NCBI GenBank assembly: GCA_900545275.1
Contig: UQYG01000003.1
Coordinates: forward strand, 99,032 to 163,031
Reading direction: 5' to 3'
DNA from: an uncultured Sutterella sp.
GTDB lineage: Bacteria > Pseudomonadota > Gammaproteobacteria > Burkholderiales > Burkholderiaceae_F
Length of the DNA: 64,000 nucleotides
Both the position numbers and the translations under genes were made by a program. The notes beneath the pieces are model-generated. The model was not told the DNA's origin. It made no database searches and saw nothing but the letters and a program-made list of their open reading frames with translations. Shown here piece after piece: positions 46,551 through 56,266 of the stretch; position 1 is the first letter of the stretch; each line of letters opens with the position of its first letter.

Positions 46551-47116
46551 ATTTGTGATTTTCCCTAGACGGCACGAGATTCCACGGGAGAGTTCTTGCC
46601 GTTGTGCGCCGTGTTGTGCAAGAGTTTGAAGATGTCAGGGGCGTTGCTCCTTTCTGCCTTCAAGTTTGCGGGCGCGGTGTTGCAATGTCTCCGGTGAATC
46701 TTTCACCGCTACGAAAATCGGACGCCCGATGTCGGGCGGTGCGTGGGGAGTTGCCGGCGTTTCTTGAGAGTCCCTCTGTCCGATTCGATGCGGTTTTTTC
46801 CGTTGAACGATGCGTTTTGCTCCTGGAAAACCCTTCGCACCCCTCATCTTGTCGATTAGAGAGGGGTTTCGCAGGGGTGATGGCGCCATAAGGCGGACCG
46901 GTTCGGTCTACAATGAAAACTTCCGAGTCTCGAACCTTTGCGGATGCTCCCCAACGTCCCCGTCGGTTCGACATCTCCGTGCACAAGAATGCCGGGCGCC
47001 GAACATCCCTCCATCATCGGACGCACCGGCCGCGTCGCCCTCCCTCAGGCGAAACGCCGCCGCAGATCCTGCGGTTTCTTGTGCATTCCAATAACCAACA
47101 ACTCTGGAGAATCCTT

Positions 47117-48514
47117 ATGAGTACACGCCAAACCTGGTCGAGCCGTTTGACATACATCCTGACGGTTGCCGGCGCGACCATCGGTTTCGGCGCCACCTGG
47201 CGCTTTCCGTATCTCGTGGGTGAAAACGGCGGCGGCGCCTACGTGCTCACCTTCTGTCTCGTGATGCTGCTCGTGGGCATCCCGATCATCCTCGTCGAAA
47301 ACGTCATCGGCCGGCGCGGCCAGGCCAACAGCGTCGACGCCTTCGTGCGCGCAGGAATCTCCGACGGCAAGAAGCCGAGCGCCCTCTGGAAGATCTTCGG
47401 CTACACGGGACTCTTGGGGGCCTTCGGGATTCTCGCCTACTACATGGTGATCGGGGGCTGGGTGCTCTCCTACATCTGGCACATTCTTCTGGGCGCCGCG
47501 GGCTTTGCGGGCGGGCTCGACCTCTCGAGCCCGATTACGAAGGAAGTCACCGAAGCCTTCTACGCCGACAAGATTGAAAACTCGCCCTTCGCGATCGCGT
47601 GCTTCACCTTCGTCTTCGTGCTCATCAACTGGGTGATCCTGCGAAAGGGGGTGATCGAGGGGATTGAAAAGTCGGTGAAGTACCTGATGCCGGCGCTCTT
47701 CTTGTGCCTGCTCGTCATGGTGATCCGCAACCTGACGCTCGACAACGCCATGGAAGGGGTGCGCTTCTACCTCACGCCCGACTTCTCGAAGATCACGCCG
47801 AAACTTCTTCTCGACGTCTTGGGGCAGGTCTTCTTTGCGCTTTCGCTCGGCTTCGGCGTGATGATCACGCTTTCTTCGCACCTGAACCAGAAGGAAGACA
47901 TGGTGAAGACCGCCGTCATCACCGGCGTCATCAATACGCTCGTCGCCGTCATGGCGGGCTTCATGATCTTCCCGTCGCTCTTCAGCGCCAACCTCGCTCC
48001 GGATTCGGGTCCGTCGCTCGTCTTCAAGTCGCTCCCGATCGCCTTCTCGGAAATGTTCCTCGGCAACTTCTTCGCCGTGGTCTTTTTCCTCCTCCTCATC
48101 ATCGCGGCTCTGACGACGTCGCTCACCATTTATCAGGTGATCATCAGCGTCCTCTTTGAGCGCCACCGCATCCTTCTGCACCGCGCGATCAACTGGGTTC
48201 TGGGCGGCGTCTTCGTCCTCGGGAACATCCCCTGCATCATGGCCTACGGTCCCTGGCGCGACGTGCGCATTCTCGACCGCAACATCTTCGACGCCTTCGA
48301 CTTCGTGAGCGGCAACATCTGCTTCGTCATCACGGCCCTGGGCGCGACCCTTTACGTGGGCTGGGTCATGAAGCAAAACGCCGTCGCCGAAATCGACAAC
48401 AACGGGACGATGATCCACAAGTCGACGGGCGTCTGGTATGCGCTCGTCCGCTACGTGATTCCGGTCGTGATCGTCGCGATCTTCGCTTACGGTCTGCGCG
48501 GCTTCTTCGCGTAA
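47117..48514 (+). CDS. Sodium-dependent transporter, NSS (SNF) family
   Basis: ORF 46913..48514; start MSTRQTWSSRLTYILTVAGATIGFGATWRFPYL at 47117; classic NSS N-terminus. Confidence 0.85.
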   Translation: MSTRQTWSSRLTYILTVAGATIGFGATWRFPYLVGENGGGAYVLTFCLVMLLVGIPIILVENVIGRRGQANSVDAFVRAGISDGKKPSALWKIFGYTGLLGAFGILAYYMVIGGWVLSYIWHILLGAAGFAGGLDLSSPITKEVTEAFYADKIENSPFAIACFTFVFVLINWVILRKGVIEGIEKSVKYLMPALFLCLLVMVIRNLTLDNAMEGVRFYLTPDFSKITPKLLLDVLGQVFFALSLGFGVMITLSSHLNQKEDMVKTAVITGVINTLVAVMAGFMIFPSLFSANLAPDSGPSLVFKSLPIAFSEMFLGNFFAVVFFLLLIIAALTTSLTIYQVIISVLFERHRILLHRAINWVLGGVFVLGNIPCIMAYGPWRDVRILDRNIFDAFDFVSGNICFVITALGATLYVGWVMKQNAVAEIDNNGTMIHKSTGVWYALVRYVIPVVIVAIFAYGLRGFFA

Positions 48515-48588
48515 CTCGTCCTTTCTTCCTCAGGGGCCGTCGGATGCGTCCGGCGGCCTTTTTGCCACCCGGTTTTTCTCTCTTTCCC

Positions 48589-49449
48589 ATGACGACCCCT
48601 TCTTCCTCCCGTCTCGGCCTTGTTCTGGAAGGCGGCGGCTTTCGCGCGCACTACACGGCGGGCGTCCTCGACGTTCTGATCGACGAGAAACTCCCCATTG
48701 AGGGCGTGATCGGCGTTTCGATGGGAGCGATTCACGGCGCATCCTTTGTATCGGGCCAGAAGGGGAGAAGTCTCGAAATCTACACGCGCTACGCCGCGGA
48801 CGAGCGTCTCTGGAGTCTGTGGCGCTGGGTGAGGACGGGAAACCTCATCGACCCGACGTTCTGCTACCGCGAGATTCCCGACCGGCTCGTGCCCTTCGAC
48901 GAAGAAGCCTTCGAAAATTCCGGGAAGGCCTTTTACGCCTGCGCATCAAACCTCGAGACGGGGCGCCCCGAATACCTGCGGCTGCCGAATTTGACGGACG
49001 ACATCGACGGCCTGCGCGCGTCGGCTTCTTTGCCGTATGTCTCGCCCGCCGTGGAATTTCGCGGGATGAAGCTTTTGGACGGCGGCTGCACGGACCGCAT
49101 TCCGCTGGCGGCCTTCGAGCGCATGGGCTTTACGCACAACATCGTGATTCAGACGCATCCGAGAGAGCACGCCGTGCGCGACCGCGACGCCTGGGCGGCG
49201 AAGTGGTGGTACGCGAAATATCCGAAGTTCGTGGAGAGCTTTCAAAAGAGTCCCGAGGTCTACGAGGCGACGCAGCGCCTGATCGACGAGCGCGTCAAGG
49301 AGGGACGCGTCTTTTCGATCCGGCCCGAGCGGCCGATTCCCGTCGGGCGGCTTTCGCGCGATCCAGAAGACGTGCGGCGCGCCTACGGTCTCGGCGTAAA
49401 GGACGCGCAGAAGGCGCTGCCCGCGTTGCTGCAGTGGGTGAACCAATGA
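48589..49449 (+). CDS. Patatin-like phospholipase
   Basis: ORF 48544..49449; start MTTPSS at 48589; GLVLEGGGFRAHY oxyanion motif and GVSMGA (GxSxG). Confidence 0.8.
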   Translation: MTTPSSSRLGLVLEGGGFRAHYTAGVLDVLIDEKLPIEGVIGVSMGAIHGASFVSGQKGRSLEIYTRYAADERLWSLWRWVRTGNLIDPTFCYREIPDRLVPFDEEAFENSGKAFYACASNLETGRPEYLRLPNLTDDIDGLRASASLPYVSPAVEFRGMKLLDGGCTDRIPLAAFERMGFTHNIVIQTHPREHAVRDRDAWAAKWWYAKYPKFVESFQKSPEVYEATQRLIDERVKEGRVFSIRPERPIPVGRLSRDPEDVRRAYGLGVKDAQKALPALLQWVNQ

Positions 49450-49499
49450 GGGCAAAGCGAAGGGACCATGCCGCTTTGTATTAAATCGCAAGCATACTT

Positions 49500-49798
49500 G
49501 GTATTTCATCGATACGGGATTTGCCGCTTGGCTTTGCAATATCCCGTCGGCTGAGGCGCTTCGCAACGCCTGCAACAGCGGCAGTTTCTTCGAAAATATC
49601 GTCATTGTCGAGTTGCTCAAAAGTTGGGTCCGCAACGGCGGGCAGCCGCATTTCTATTTCTATCGCGACACGCGTTTCAATGAGATCGATCTCTCGATTT
49701 TCGACGGAATCGAATGCCATCCCATCGAAATCAAGACGACCGAATCGCCGCAGGTGGGCATGGTCAAAGCCTTCGGCAACATCAAGGGCATCCCTTGA
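49500..49798 (+). pseudogene. C-terminal fragment of DUF4143-family AAA ATPase
   Basis: ...VELLKSWVRNGGQPHFYFYRDTRFNEIDLSIFDGIECHPIEIKT matches DUF4143 C-terminal region; no ATPase N-terminus present. Confidence 0.5.
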
Positions 49799-50295
49799 AC
49801 GTCCTCCGTGAAGCAGGTCTCGGGGACGTCCCGAGAAAGAAAACCTCAGAACTTGTGGGCCATTCCGCAGATGATGCCCATGGTTTTCGCGGAGAATTTG
49901 GCTGCGCCGTCATTACGGTCGACCGCGTGGCCCGGCCCTCGTAGACGTTGGTGCGCTTGCTCTGGGGAGGGGCAACCCAATGCAAGACGCTCGTAGCCAA
50001 GGCGACCGCAGAGGCGGTTTTTGACGAGCGGGGTTTTTCGCTTCTCGCATCCGAACCGGGCACACCGAAACTTACGATGCGGCTGGCCTTGACGGCCGAG
50101 AGTAACCACGATCCCTTCCACCAAATGGATGCGGGCGATCCTGACGAGCGCAGCGCAGGAGTCGGACGAGAAGGGCGCGGGTGGGCGTGAAGAGGGGAGG
50201 AAAGAGGAGAATTATGAAGTTTATCGAGATATAGTGAATTTCACTATATCTCGACATATCTTGCTATATGTTGCTTTTTTTCCCCTCGGGATGGT

Positions 50296-50559
50296 TTAAC
50301 TGCTTTCCCTCTGGCGGCGCATGAAGTCTGCAAAGAGTGGGACAGTGAAGTCAACGAATCCATATGACGTGGAATAAATCATGCCCTTGCGAATGATCGC
50401 CGCACGAATGGGACCGAGCCGAGTCACTTCTTTTCCCATGATTTCCGCAATTTTTCCGGCGGCATAGGGTCCCTCGCCGAGAGCGGCCATGGCAGCGCAG
50501 TATTTCATTTCCGCTTTGGTCAGGCGATCCAAACGGACTCTGAAGAAACCTTCATCCAA
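50296..50559 (-). pseudogene. C-terminal winged-helix fragment of an ATPase-family protein (remnant)
   Basis: 87 aa ORF ...RKGMIYSTSYGFVDFTVPLFADFM resembles C-terminal domain of archaeal-type ATPases (DUF234-like); isolated. Confidence 0.35.
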
Positions 50560-50849
50560 AATGTGAATGGCTTCGGTAGCCGCGGATTCGGCGTCGCCCG
50601 GGCGAGGATGGGAGGGAAGACGCCGGAACGGGCGGTCCGGGAAACTTCGGGCCGCCCGCTTTTTCTTTTAGGGGAGAGCGCTTCGGACGGCGCCAAGCGG
50701 ATTGCGGAAGAAAAATACGACTTTTCTCGCTCGGAAAAGTGCGGATGGGCGCGGGGACGGCAAATCGTTAGGATTTTCCTTCGCTACCGGCGACGTCCTT
50801 CGGGGCGTTCGCTTCCAAAAGTCATTTGCTTAACGAAAAGGAGAAAAGA

Positions 50850-52388
50850 ATGACCATCACCGCCAATCGACGCAAATTCCTCGGAGCCGCCGCGGCGGGC
50901 GTCTTGACGGGCGCGACGGCGCTCTCGGCGAAGGCCGCCTGCCGCGATCCGATGCCCGCGAAATTCGACGAAATGCACGACGTCGTGGTCGTGGGCTCGG
51001 GCTTTGCGGGACTTTCCGCGGCGCTCTCCGCCAAGCTCGCGGGAGCGGACGTTCTGGTCGTCGAAAAGATGGCCTTCATCGGCGGAAACAGCTCGCTTTC
51101 GGGCGGCATGATCGCCGTGCCGAATTCGTCCGTGCAGCACGAGCAGGGGATCGAAGACAAGCCCGAAGCCCTCGAAGCCGACATGATGCGCATCGGTCAG
51201 GGCCTCGGCGACCCCGAACACATCCGCTTCCTCTGCGAGGACGCGGCGGACACCTTTGAATGGACGCGCAAGGAAATGGGCGTCCGATGGCAGACGAATC
51301 TCACGGGCAAAGGCGGCCATTCGGCGCTTCGCTGCATGATCACGGAAGAGGGCACGGGGCAGGGGATCATCAAGCCCGCGGTCGAGCGCCTCGCGAAGCT
51401 CGGCGTCGAAATCCGCCGCCGCACGATTCTCGACACCATCATTCGGGACGCGGACGGGCGCGTGAAGGGCGTCGTCGTGCGCGAAGGCTATGAATTTGGC
51501 AAGCCCTCTTCCGGCAAGCGCCGCACGATCGGGGCGCGCCGCGGCGTGGTGCTCGCCTTCGGCGGCTTCTGTGCGGACGTCAACTACCGCCGCCGGCTCG
51601 ATCCGAAGCTGGGCGCCCAGTACAAGACGACCAATCAGCCGGGCGCCACGTCGGAAGGCTGGCGCGAAGCGAGCCGCATCGGCGCCAACATCATCCAGGC
51701 CGACTGGATTCAGTGTCTTCCCAACTGCTCGCCCGTGGAAGAAGGCATGGGAATTGCGTCCCACTTCGCGTCGATCTCGGGTGCGCTTTTCGGGATCTAC
51801 GTCTCGAGCCTCGACGGGAAGCGCTTCGTGAACGAATTCGGGGACCGCAAGGTTTTGACGGATAGCTTCCTCACGGTCATCAACAAGGGAGGAAAGGCCC
51901 TCTCCATCGCCGACTCCGACGGCGTCGCGCATCTCGAAAAGCTTCGTCCGGGCGCACTCGACAAGATGCTCGCCGCGGGAAGCGTCAAGAAGTATCCCGA
52001 CGCCGATGCGCTCGCAAAGGCCTACGGCTTTGACGGCAAGGTTCTGCGCGCCGAAATCGCGCGCTACAACGAGCTTTTGCAAAAAGGTCGGGACGAAGAC
52101 TTCGGCCGTCCTTTCGACAAGGCCGCCAAGCCCATGAAGGACGGACCCTACTATGTTTCCGAAATGGAGCCGAAGATCCACCACGCGATGGGCGGCATGG
52201 CGACGAAGGTCGATACGGCCGTCGAAGACGTGATGACGGACCGCCCGATTCCGGGGCTCTTCGCCGCGGGCGAATGCGTGGGCGGCATCCACGGAGCCGT
52301 GCGCATCGGGGCCTGCGCCGTACTAGACTGCTTGGTGAACGGCCGCAAGGCGGGCGCCACGGCGGCGTCGCAGAAACCCTGGGCCTGA
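50850..52388 (+). CDS. Tat-exported FAD-binding flavocytochrome-type reductase (fumarate reductase flavoprotein family), paralog 1
   Basis: MTITANRRKFLGAAAAGVLTGATALSAKAA twin-arginine signal; VVVGSGFAGLSAAL, GGNSSLSGG FAD motifs; C-terminal HYTMGG-like active-site region. Confidence 0.8.
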   Translation: MTITANRRKFLGAAAAGVLTGATALSAKAACRDPMPAKFDEMHDVVVVGSGFAGLSAALSAKLAGADVLVVEKMAFIGGNSSLSGGMIAVPNSSVQHEQGIEDKPEALEADMMRIGQGLGDPEHIRFLCEDAADTFEWTRKEMGVRWQTNLTGKGGHSALRCMITEEGTGQGIIKPAVERLAKLGVEIRRRTILDTIIRDADGRVKGVVVREGYEFGKPSSGKRRTIGARRGVVLAFGGFCADVNYRRRLDPKLGAQYKTTNQPGATSEGWREASRIGANIIQADWIQCLPNCSPVEEGMGIASHFASISGALFGIYVSSLDGKRFVNEFGDRKVLTDSFLTVINKGGKALSIADSDGVAHLEKLRPGALDKMLAAGSVKKYPDADALAKAYGFDGKVLRAEIARYNELLQKGRDEDFGRPFDKAAKPMKDGPYYVSEMEPKIHHAMGGMATKVDTAVEDVMTDRPIPGLFAAGECVGGIHGAVRIGACAVLDCLVNGRKAGATAASQKPWA

Positions 52389-52736
52389 TCGGATCCGATG
52401 GGAAAAAGGGAGCATTCGCCGCGGGGCGGGTGCTCCCGACTTTTTCGGGTCTGCCGCAAGAACCGGGAGCGTCTGTGCGGAATGGCGGAACCAATCCGTG
52501 GGAACCTGATCCACTGAAACATGATCCGTCTGAATCCGTTCTCACGGAGGACGAAGTCCCGACGAAGAATTGCGCGTCCCTCTGACCTTCGCCAAGTTAC
52601 CTAGGCAGGTTTCCGGACAAGAATCCCTTCGTGGCAATGAACTTCAGCCCAAAAGTAGGCTGTTGCCGCGACTATCCGAAAGTTCCGCTTCCCTGAATTG
52701 TGTTGCTCGGTGACGAGTTATACTGACAACGTTAGT

Positions 52737-53015
52737 ATGAGGCGGATCATGGCAGTTTTAACAATCAAACTTCCGGATAACGAAATGTCCTGGCTGGACA
52801 TGTTGGCGAAAACGCAAAGGCGGACCAAGACGGAAATCGTCAGATCGGCTTTGCGGCCGGTGTTCGAAGAAAACTTCATCGACAGGCAGCCGATCATTGT
52901 CAGTGAGGGCGAGTTCAACGCGATCATCGACATGCTCGATCAGCCGATGTCGATCGAAGAAATCGAAGGCCGCAAAAGACTTGAGGCCGCGAGAATGTGG
53001 AAACTTCCGAAATGA
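52737..53015 (+). CDS. RHH antitoxin (TacA/DUF1778 family) of GNAT-toxin TA pair
   Basis: ORF 52698..53015; small protein preceding and overlapping GNAT gene by ATGA. Confidence 0.6.
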   Translation: MRRIMAVLTIKLPDNEMSWLDMLAKTQRRTKTEIVRSALRPVFEENFIDRQPIIVSEGEFNAIIDMLDQPMSIEEIEGRKRLEAARMWKLPK

Positions 53016-53491
53016 GGTTTCTACCTCCGGTTCATCTGTGCGAAGAACATCAGTCCGATTTCGTCGGGTTCGATTGCGGCGAAGCGTCGCTCAATTCCTG
53101 GCTCCAAACAAGGGCTCTAACCAACGAAGGAAACAAGTCTTCGCGCACGTATCTGGTTTATACGGATTCAGGCGTACTGGCGGGTTTCTTTTCGTTGAGC
53201 GCCAATTCTATCGTCCATGAAATGATGAACGCCGCGTCGCGATGCAATATGCCGGATCCCGTGCCGGTGATTCTCATCGGTCGGCTTGCCGTCGCTCGGG
53301 AATTTCAAGGATGCCGGCTGGGCGCTGCAATGCTAAGTATGGCCATGGATATCGCCAGACGCATCTCCGAATTGGGGGGCGCCGTCAATGTGGCCGTTCA
53401 TCCGATTTCGGAATCGTCCTCCGGGTTCTATCTGCGTTACGGATTCAGAGCCGCCAGGCAGGGCGGAACGCTGCTTCTGTTCAAGCTCTGA
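53012..53491 (+). CDS. GNAT acetyltransferase toxin (TacT/AtaT/KacT family)
   Basis: approx. 160 aa; ...LIGRLAVAREFQGCRLGAAML... acetyl-CoA binding motif (Q/RxxGxG/A) in typical TA-GNAT context. Confidence 0.65.
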   Translation: MRFLPPVHLCEEHQSDFVGFDCGEASLNSWLQTRALTNEGNKSSRTYLVYTDSGVLAGFFSLSANSIVHEMMNAASRCNMPDPVPVILIGRLAVAREFQGCRLGAAMLSMAMDIARRISELGGAVNVAVHPISESSSGFYLRYGFRAARQGGTLLLFKL

Positions 53492-53570
53492 CGGATTTTT
53501 TTAATAAAACCGAGTGGGTTACCGCCGCGAATATCCTCGGGAAGAGCTTCCCTGAGCGTTGCCGTCGGGA

Positions 53571-54117
53571 TCAACCGATGGAAGATGGCGTTCTTGCGGA
53601 CCGCTCCCGGAGCTTACGGCGCTCCGTCATCGGTTGCATCAGAAGTTGGGGCGGAGTCCTCGAGCGCACGAAAAGAAAGAGCCTTTCGGCATAGGGCTTG
53701 GCGTCGCCCGCCTTGCGGGAGAGTCCGGGCAGACCAGCGCCCGGAAACACTACGGGCGGGTTCGATTGCGCCGTTCGGTGAAGTCCCGCGATGAGGACGG
53801 CCGGTTCCTTTCCGGAGAGGCGCTCCATGTCGTTCACTGCAAGAAGCCGGCCTTTTCCCGTCGCAAGGACATTTTGGCCCGCTTCTTCAAAGAGGTCGGG
53901 GAGAACGAGTTCGGGGATGTCCGCGCAGGTCTTTGCCTCGGGCGGCATCGGGGACGGAAGACATTCGTTGCCGATCGTATTCCGGATCCTCTCCCTTTCC
54001 CTCAAGAGTCCTCCCGCGTCGATGCGTGAGACGAGGAACCCGAGCGATTCGGTCTCAAGTGCGATGCCTTCGAGAAACGCCTGTCGGGCGGTCGCACAGG
54101 GACTGAGAAAGAGTTAA
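53571..54117 (-). CDS. Hypothetical protein (no ATG start; possible TTG start or pseudogene)
   Basis: Open frame extends from the stop at approx. 54117 with a TTG at 54005, so the start is uncertain; no recognisable family; low confidence it is expressed. Confidence 0.2.
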
Positions 54118-54453
54118 ATGCTCCTGTCGTCGGTTCGATCATTTTTAGTGATACTGTCGATAGAATCAACGATGACGGAATTCAAGTGAACGATCAAGGA
54201 TTGACCGGTGTCCGGAGGTTCCTCGAAAATTCCCGCCATGCAAGGTAAAACGGAAGATGTGGCCGACGGATCAAATGATCCGTCCACCTTCCGTCAAGTG
54301 TTTCGACAGTATCGATGGAAACGTATGGCAGGTGCCGATGTCCGCCGGCGATCACATTTCATGACGGTCGCGGGACACGATTTCCGGCGAAAGTGGAGGA
54401 TGTGAGAGTTTGAACGCAAAAGGGTCTTGTCGCCTTCGTTTGCGCCCCGTCAA

Positions 54454-54465
54454 ATTACGCGCGTA
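54454..54465. promoter_or_regulatory. Palindrome TTACGCGCGTAA upstream of flavocytochrome paralog 2 (also 54486..54498 ATGAAGCGTTCAT)
   Basis: Same 12-mer found upstream of porin 6 at 57526..57537. Confidence 0.4.
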
Positions 54466-54514
54466 ACGATCGGCTTGACAATGAAGCGTTCATTGACCAA
54501 TCAAGGAGAGAAAC

Positions 54515-55993
54515 ATGGACAAACTTTCCCGCCGCAACGTCTTGGGACTCGCCGGTGCCGGTCTGATGGCGGGCGCCGCCCGCGCCGCGCATGCGGCTGA
54601 AGCGCCCGCAGGTTGGGACCGCGAATGCGACGTCCTCGTCGTGGGTTCGGGCTACGCGGGCCTTTGCGCCGCGATCGAAGCCCGCACGGCCGGGGCCGAC
54701 ACGCTCCTCATCGAAAAGATGGTGGTGCTCGGCGGCAACTCCGCGCTCTGCGGCGGCGGCATCGCCGCGCCGGGGAGCGACCTGCAGAAGGCCGCGGGCG
54801 TGAAGGACTCGGCCGACCAGCTCTACCGCGACATGCTCAAGTCGGGCGGCGGCCTCGTGCATGAAGAGCTCGCCCGGGTCGTCGCCGACAACGCGCTTCC
54901 CACCTACGAATGGGTGCGCGACGTGATCGGCGTGAAGTTCGACCGCCTCGCCTTCCACGGCGGTCACTCGGTGCCCCGCAGCGCCGCGTATCAGAAGGGC
55001 AACGGCGCGCAGCTCGTCAAGCCCCTCGTCGAAAAGGCCAAGAGCCTCGGCGTGAAGATTCAGAACCGCACGCGCCTGGTCGACATCGTCGTTGAGAACG
55101 GCCGCGTCGCGGGCGCCGTGATCACGGAAGGCTACAAATTCCCGGATGAAAAGAGCGGCAAGAACGTGCGCGTCCGCGTGAAGAAGGGCCTCGTCCTCGC
55201 GGGCGGAGGCTTCTCGCAGAACGTGGAACTTCGCAAACTCCACGATCCACGTCTCGGGCCGCAGCTCGAATCCACGAATCAGCCCGGCGCCAACGGCGAC
55301 GCCCTGATGGCCGCGCAGCGCATCGGCGCGACCGACATTCAGATGGACTGGATTCAGCTCGGTCCCTGGACCTCGCCCGACGAAAAGGGCTTCGGCGTGG
55401 CGCCCAAGATCGTCGAGGCGGTCGTGGGTTACGGCTTCATGGTCGATCCGGAAACCGGGAAGCGCTTCGTGAACGAAACCGGCAACCGCAAGGTCCGCTC
55501 CGACGCCATCGTCGCGACGGGACATCCCGCGGTCTTGGCGGTGAGCGTCGACAACGTCGGACACGTCCCTGCGGAAGCCTTGAAGACGGGCTTGGAAAAG
55601 GGCGTCGTCAAGACCTTTGATTCGGCGGAAGCCCTGGCCGACTTCCACAAGATTCCGAAGGACGTCTTCCTGGCGTCTCTCAAGACCTGGAACGAAGCCG
55701 TGAAGGCGAAGAAGGATCCGGCCTTCAACGCGAAGATCTTCGACGACACGAAGGTAAATCAGGGCAAGTTCTATTCGATCCGCCTCTGGCCGCGCGTCCA
55801 CTACACGATGGGCGGTCTCGCCATTACGCCGAAGGCCGAAGTGATCGGCAACGACTTGAAGCCCATTCCGGGTCTCTACGCCGCGGGCGAAATCTGCGGG
55901 GGCGTCCACGGCATGGTGCGTCTCGGCACGGTGTCGATCGTCGACTGCCTCCTCTTCGGTCGCATCGCCGGCAAGAACGCCGCGACCGCATAA
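54515..55993 (+). CDS. Tat-exported FAD-binding flavocytochrome-type reductase, paralog 2
   Basis: MDKLSRRNVLGLAGAGLMAGAARAAHA Tat signal; VVGSGYAGLCAA, GGNSALCGG; approx. 45% identity to paralog 1 by eye. Confidence 0.8.
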   Translation: MDKLSRRNVLGLAGAGLMAGAARAAHAAEAPAGWDRECDVLVVGSGYAGLCAAIEARTAGADTLLIEKMVVLGGNSALCGGGIAAPGSDLQKAAGVKDSADQLYRDMLKSGGGLVHEELARVVADNALPTYEWVRDVIGVKFDRLAFHGGHSVPRSAAYQKGNGAQLVKPLVEKAKSLGVKIQNRTRLVDIVVENGRVAGAVITEGYKFPDEKSGKNVRVRVKKGLVLAGGGFSQNVELRKLHDPRLGPQLESTNQPGANGDALMAAQRIGATDIQMDWIQLGPWTSPDEKGFGVAPKIVEAVVGYGFMVDPETGKRFVNETGNRKVRSDAIVATGHPAVLAVSVDNVGHVPAEALKTGLEKGVVKTFDSAEALADFHKIPKDVFLASLKTWNEAVKAKKDPAFNAKIFDDTKVNQGKFYSIRLWPRVHYTMGGLAITPKAEVIGNDLKPIPGLYAAGEICGGVHGMVRLGTVSIVDCLLFGRIAGKNAATA

Positions 55994-56266
55994 CCGCTGA
56001 GTTCTTCCGATAAAGGAACCTCCCGTGTCCGAGCGAAGCGGGAGGTTTCGTCGTCTTTGGGGTTTGGAAAAAGGCCCGGCGGGAATGGGAACACCGGACG
56101 ACTCCGTCCCAAGGGAGCGGTCGGGGGCGCGGGAGGGAATTTTGACGATTCCTATCCCGACGAACAGTAAAAACCCCGCAGCCGACGGAGTCGGTGCGGG
56201 GCAGGAATGGAAAAGACCTTGGCGGTTGCGCACGCGGGGGAGGGGCGTGCGCAGCCTGTCGATCGA

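Noticed and set aside
47045-48418. 457 aa minus-strand ORF
   Set aside because: Antisense to the NSS transporter; His/Asp/Arg-rich artefact.
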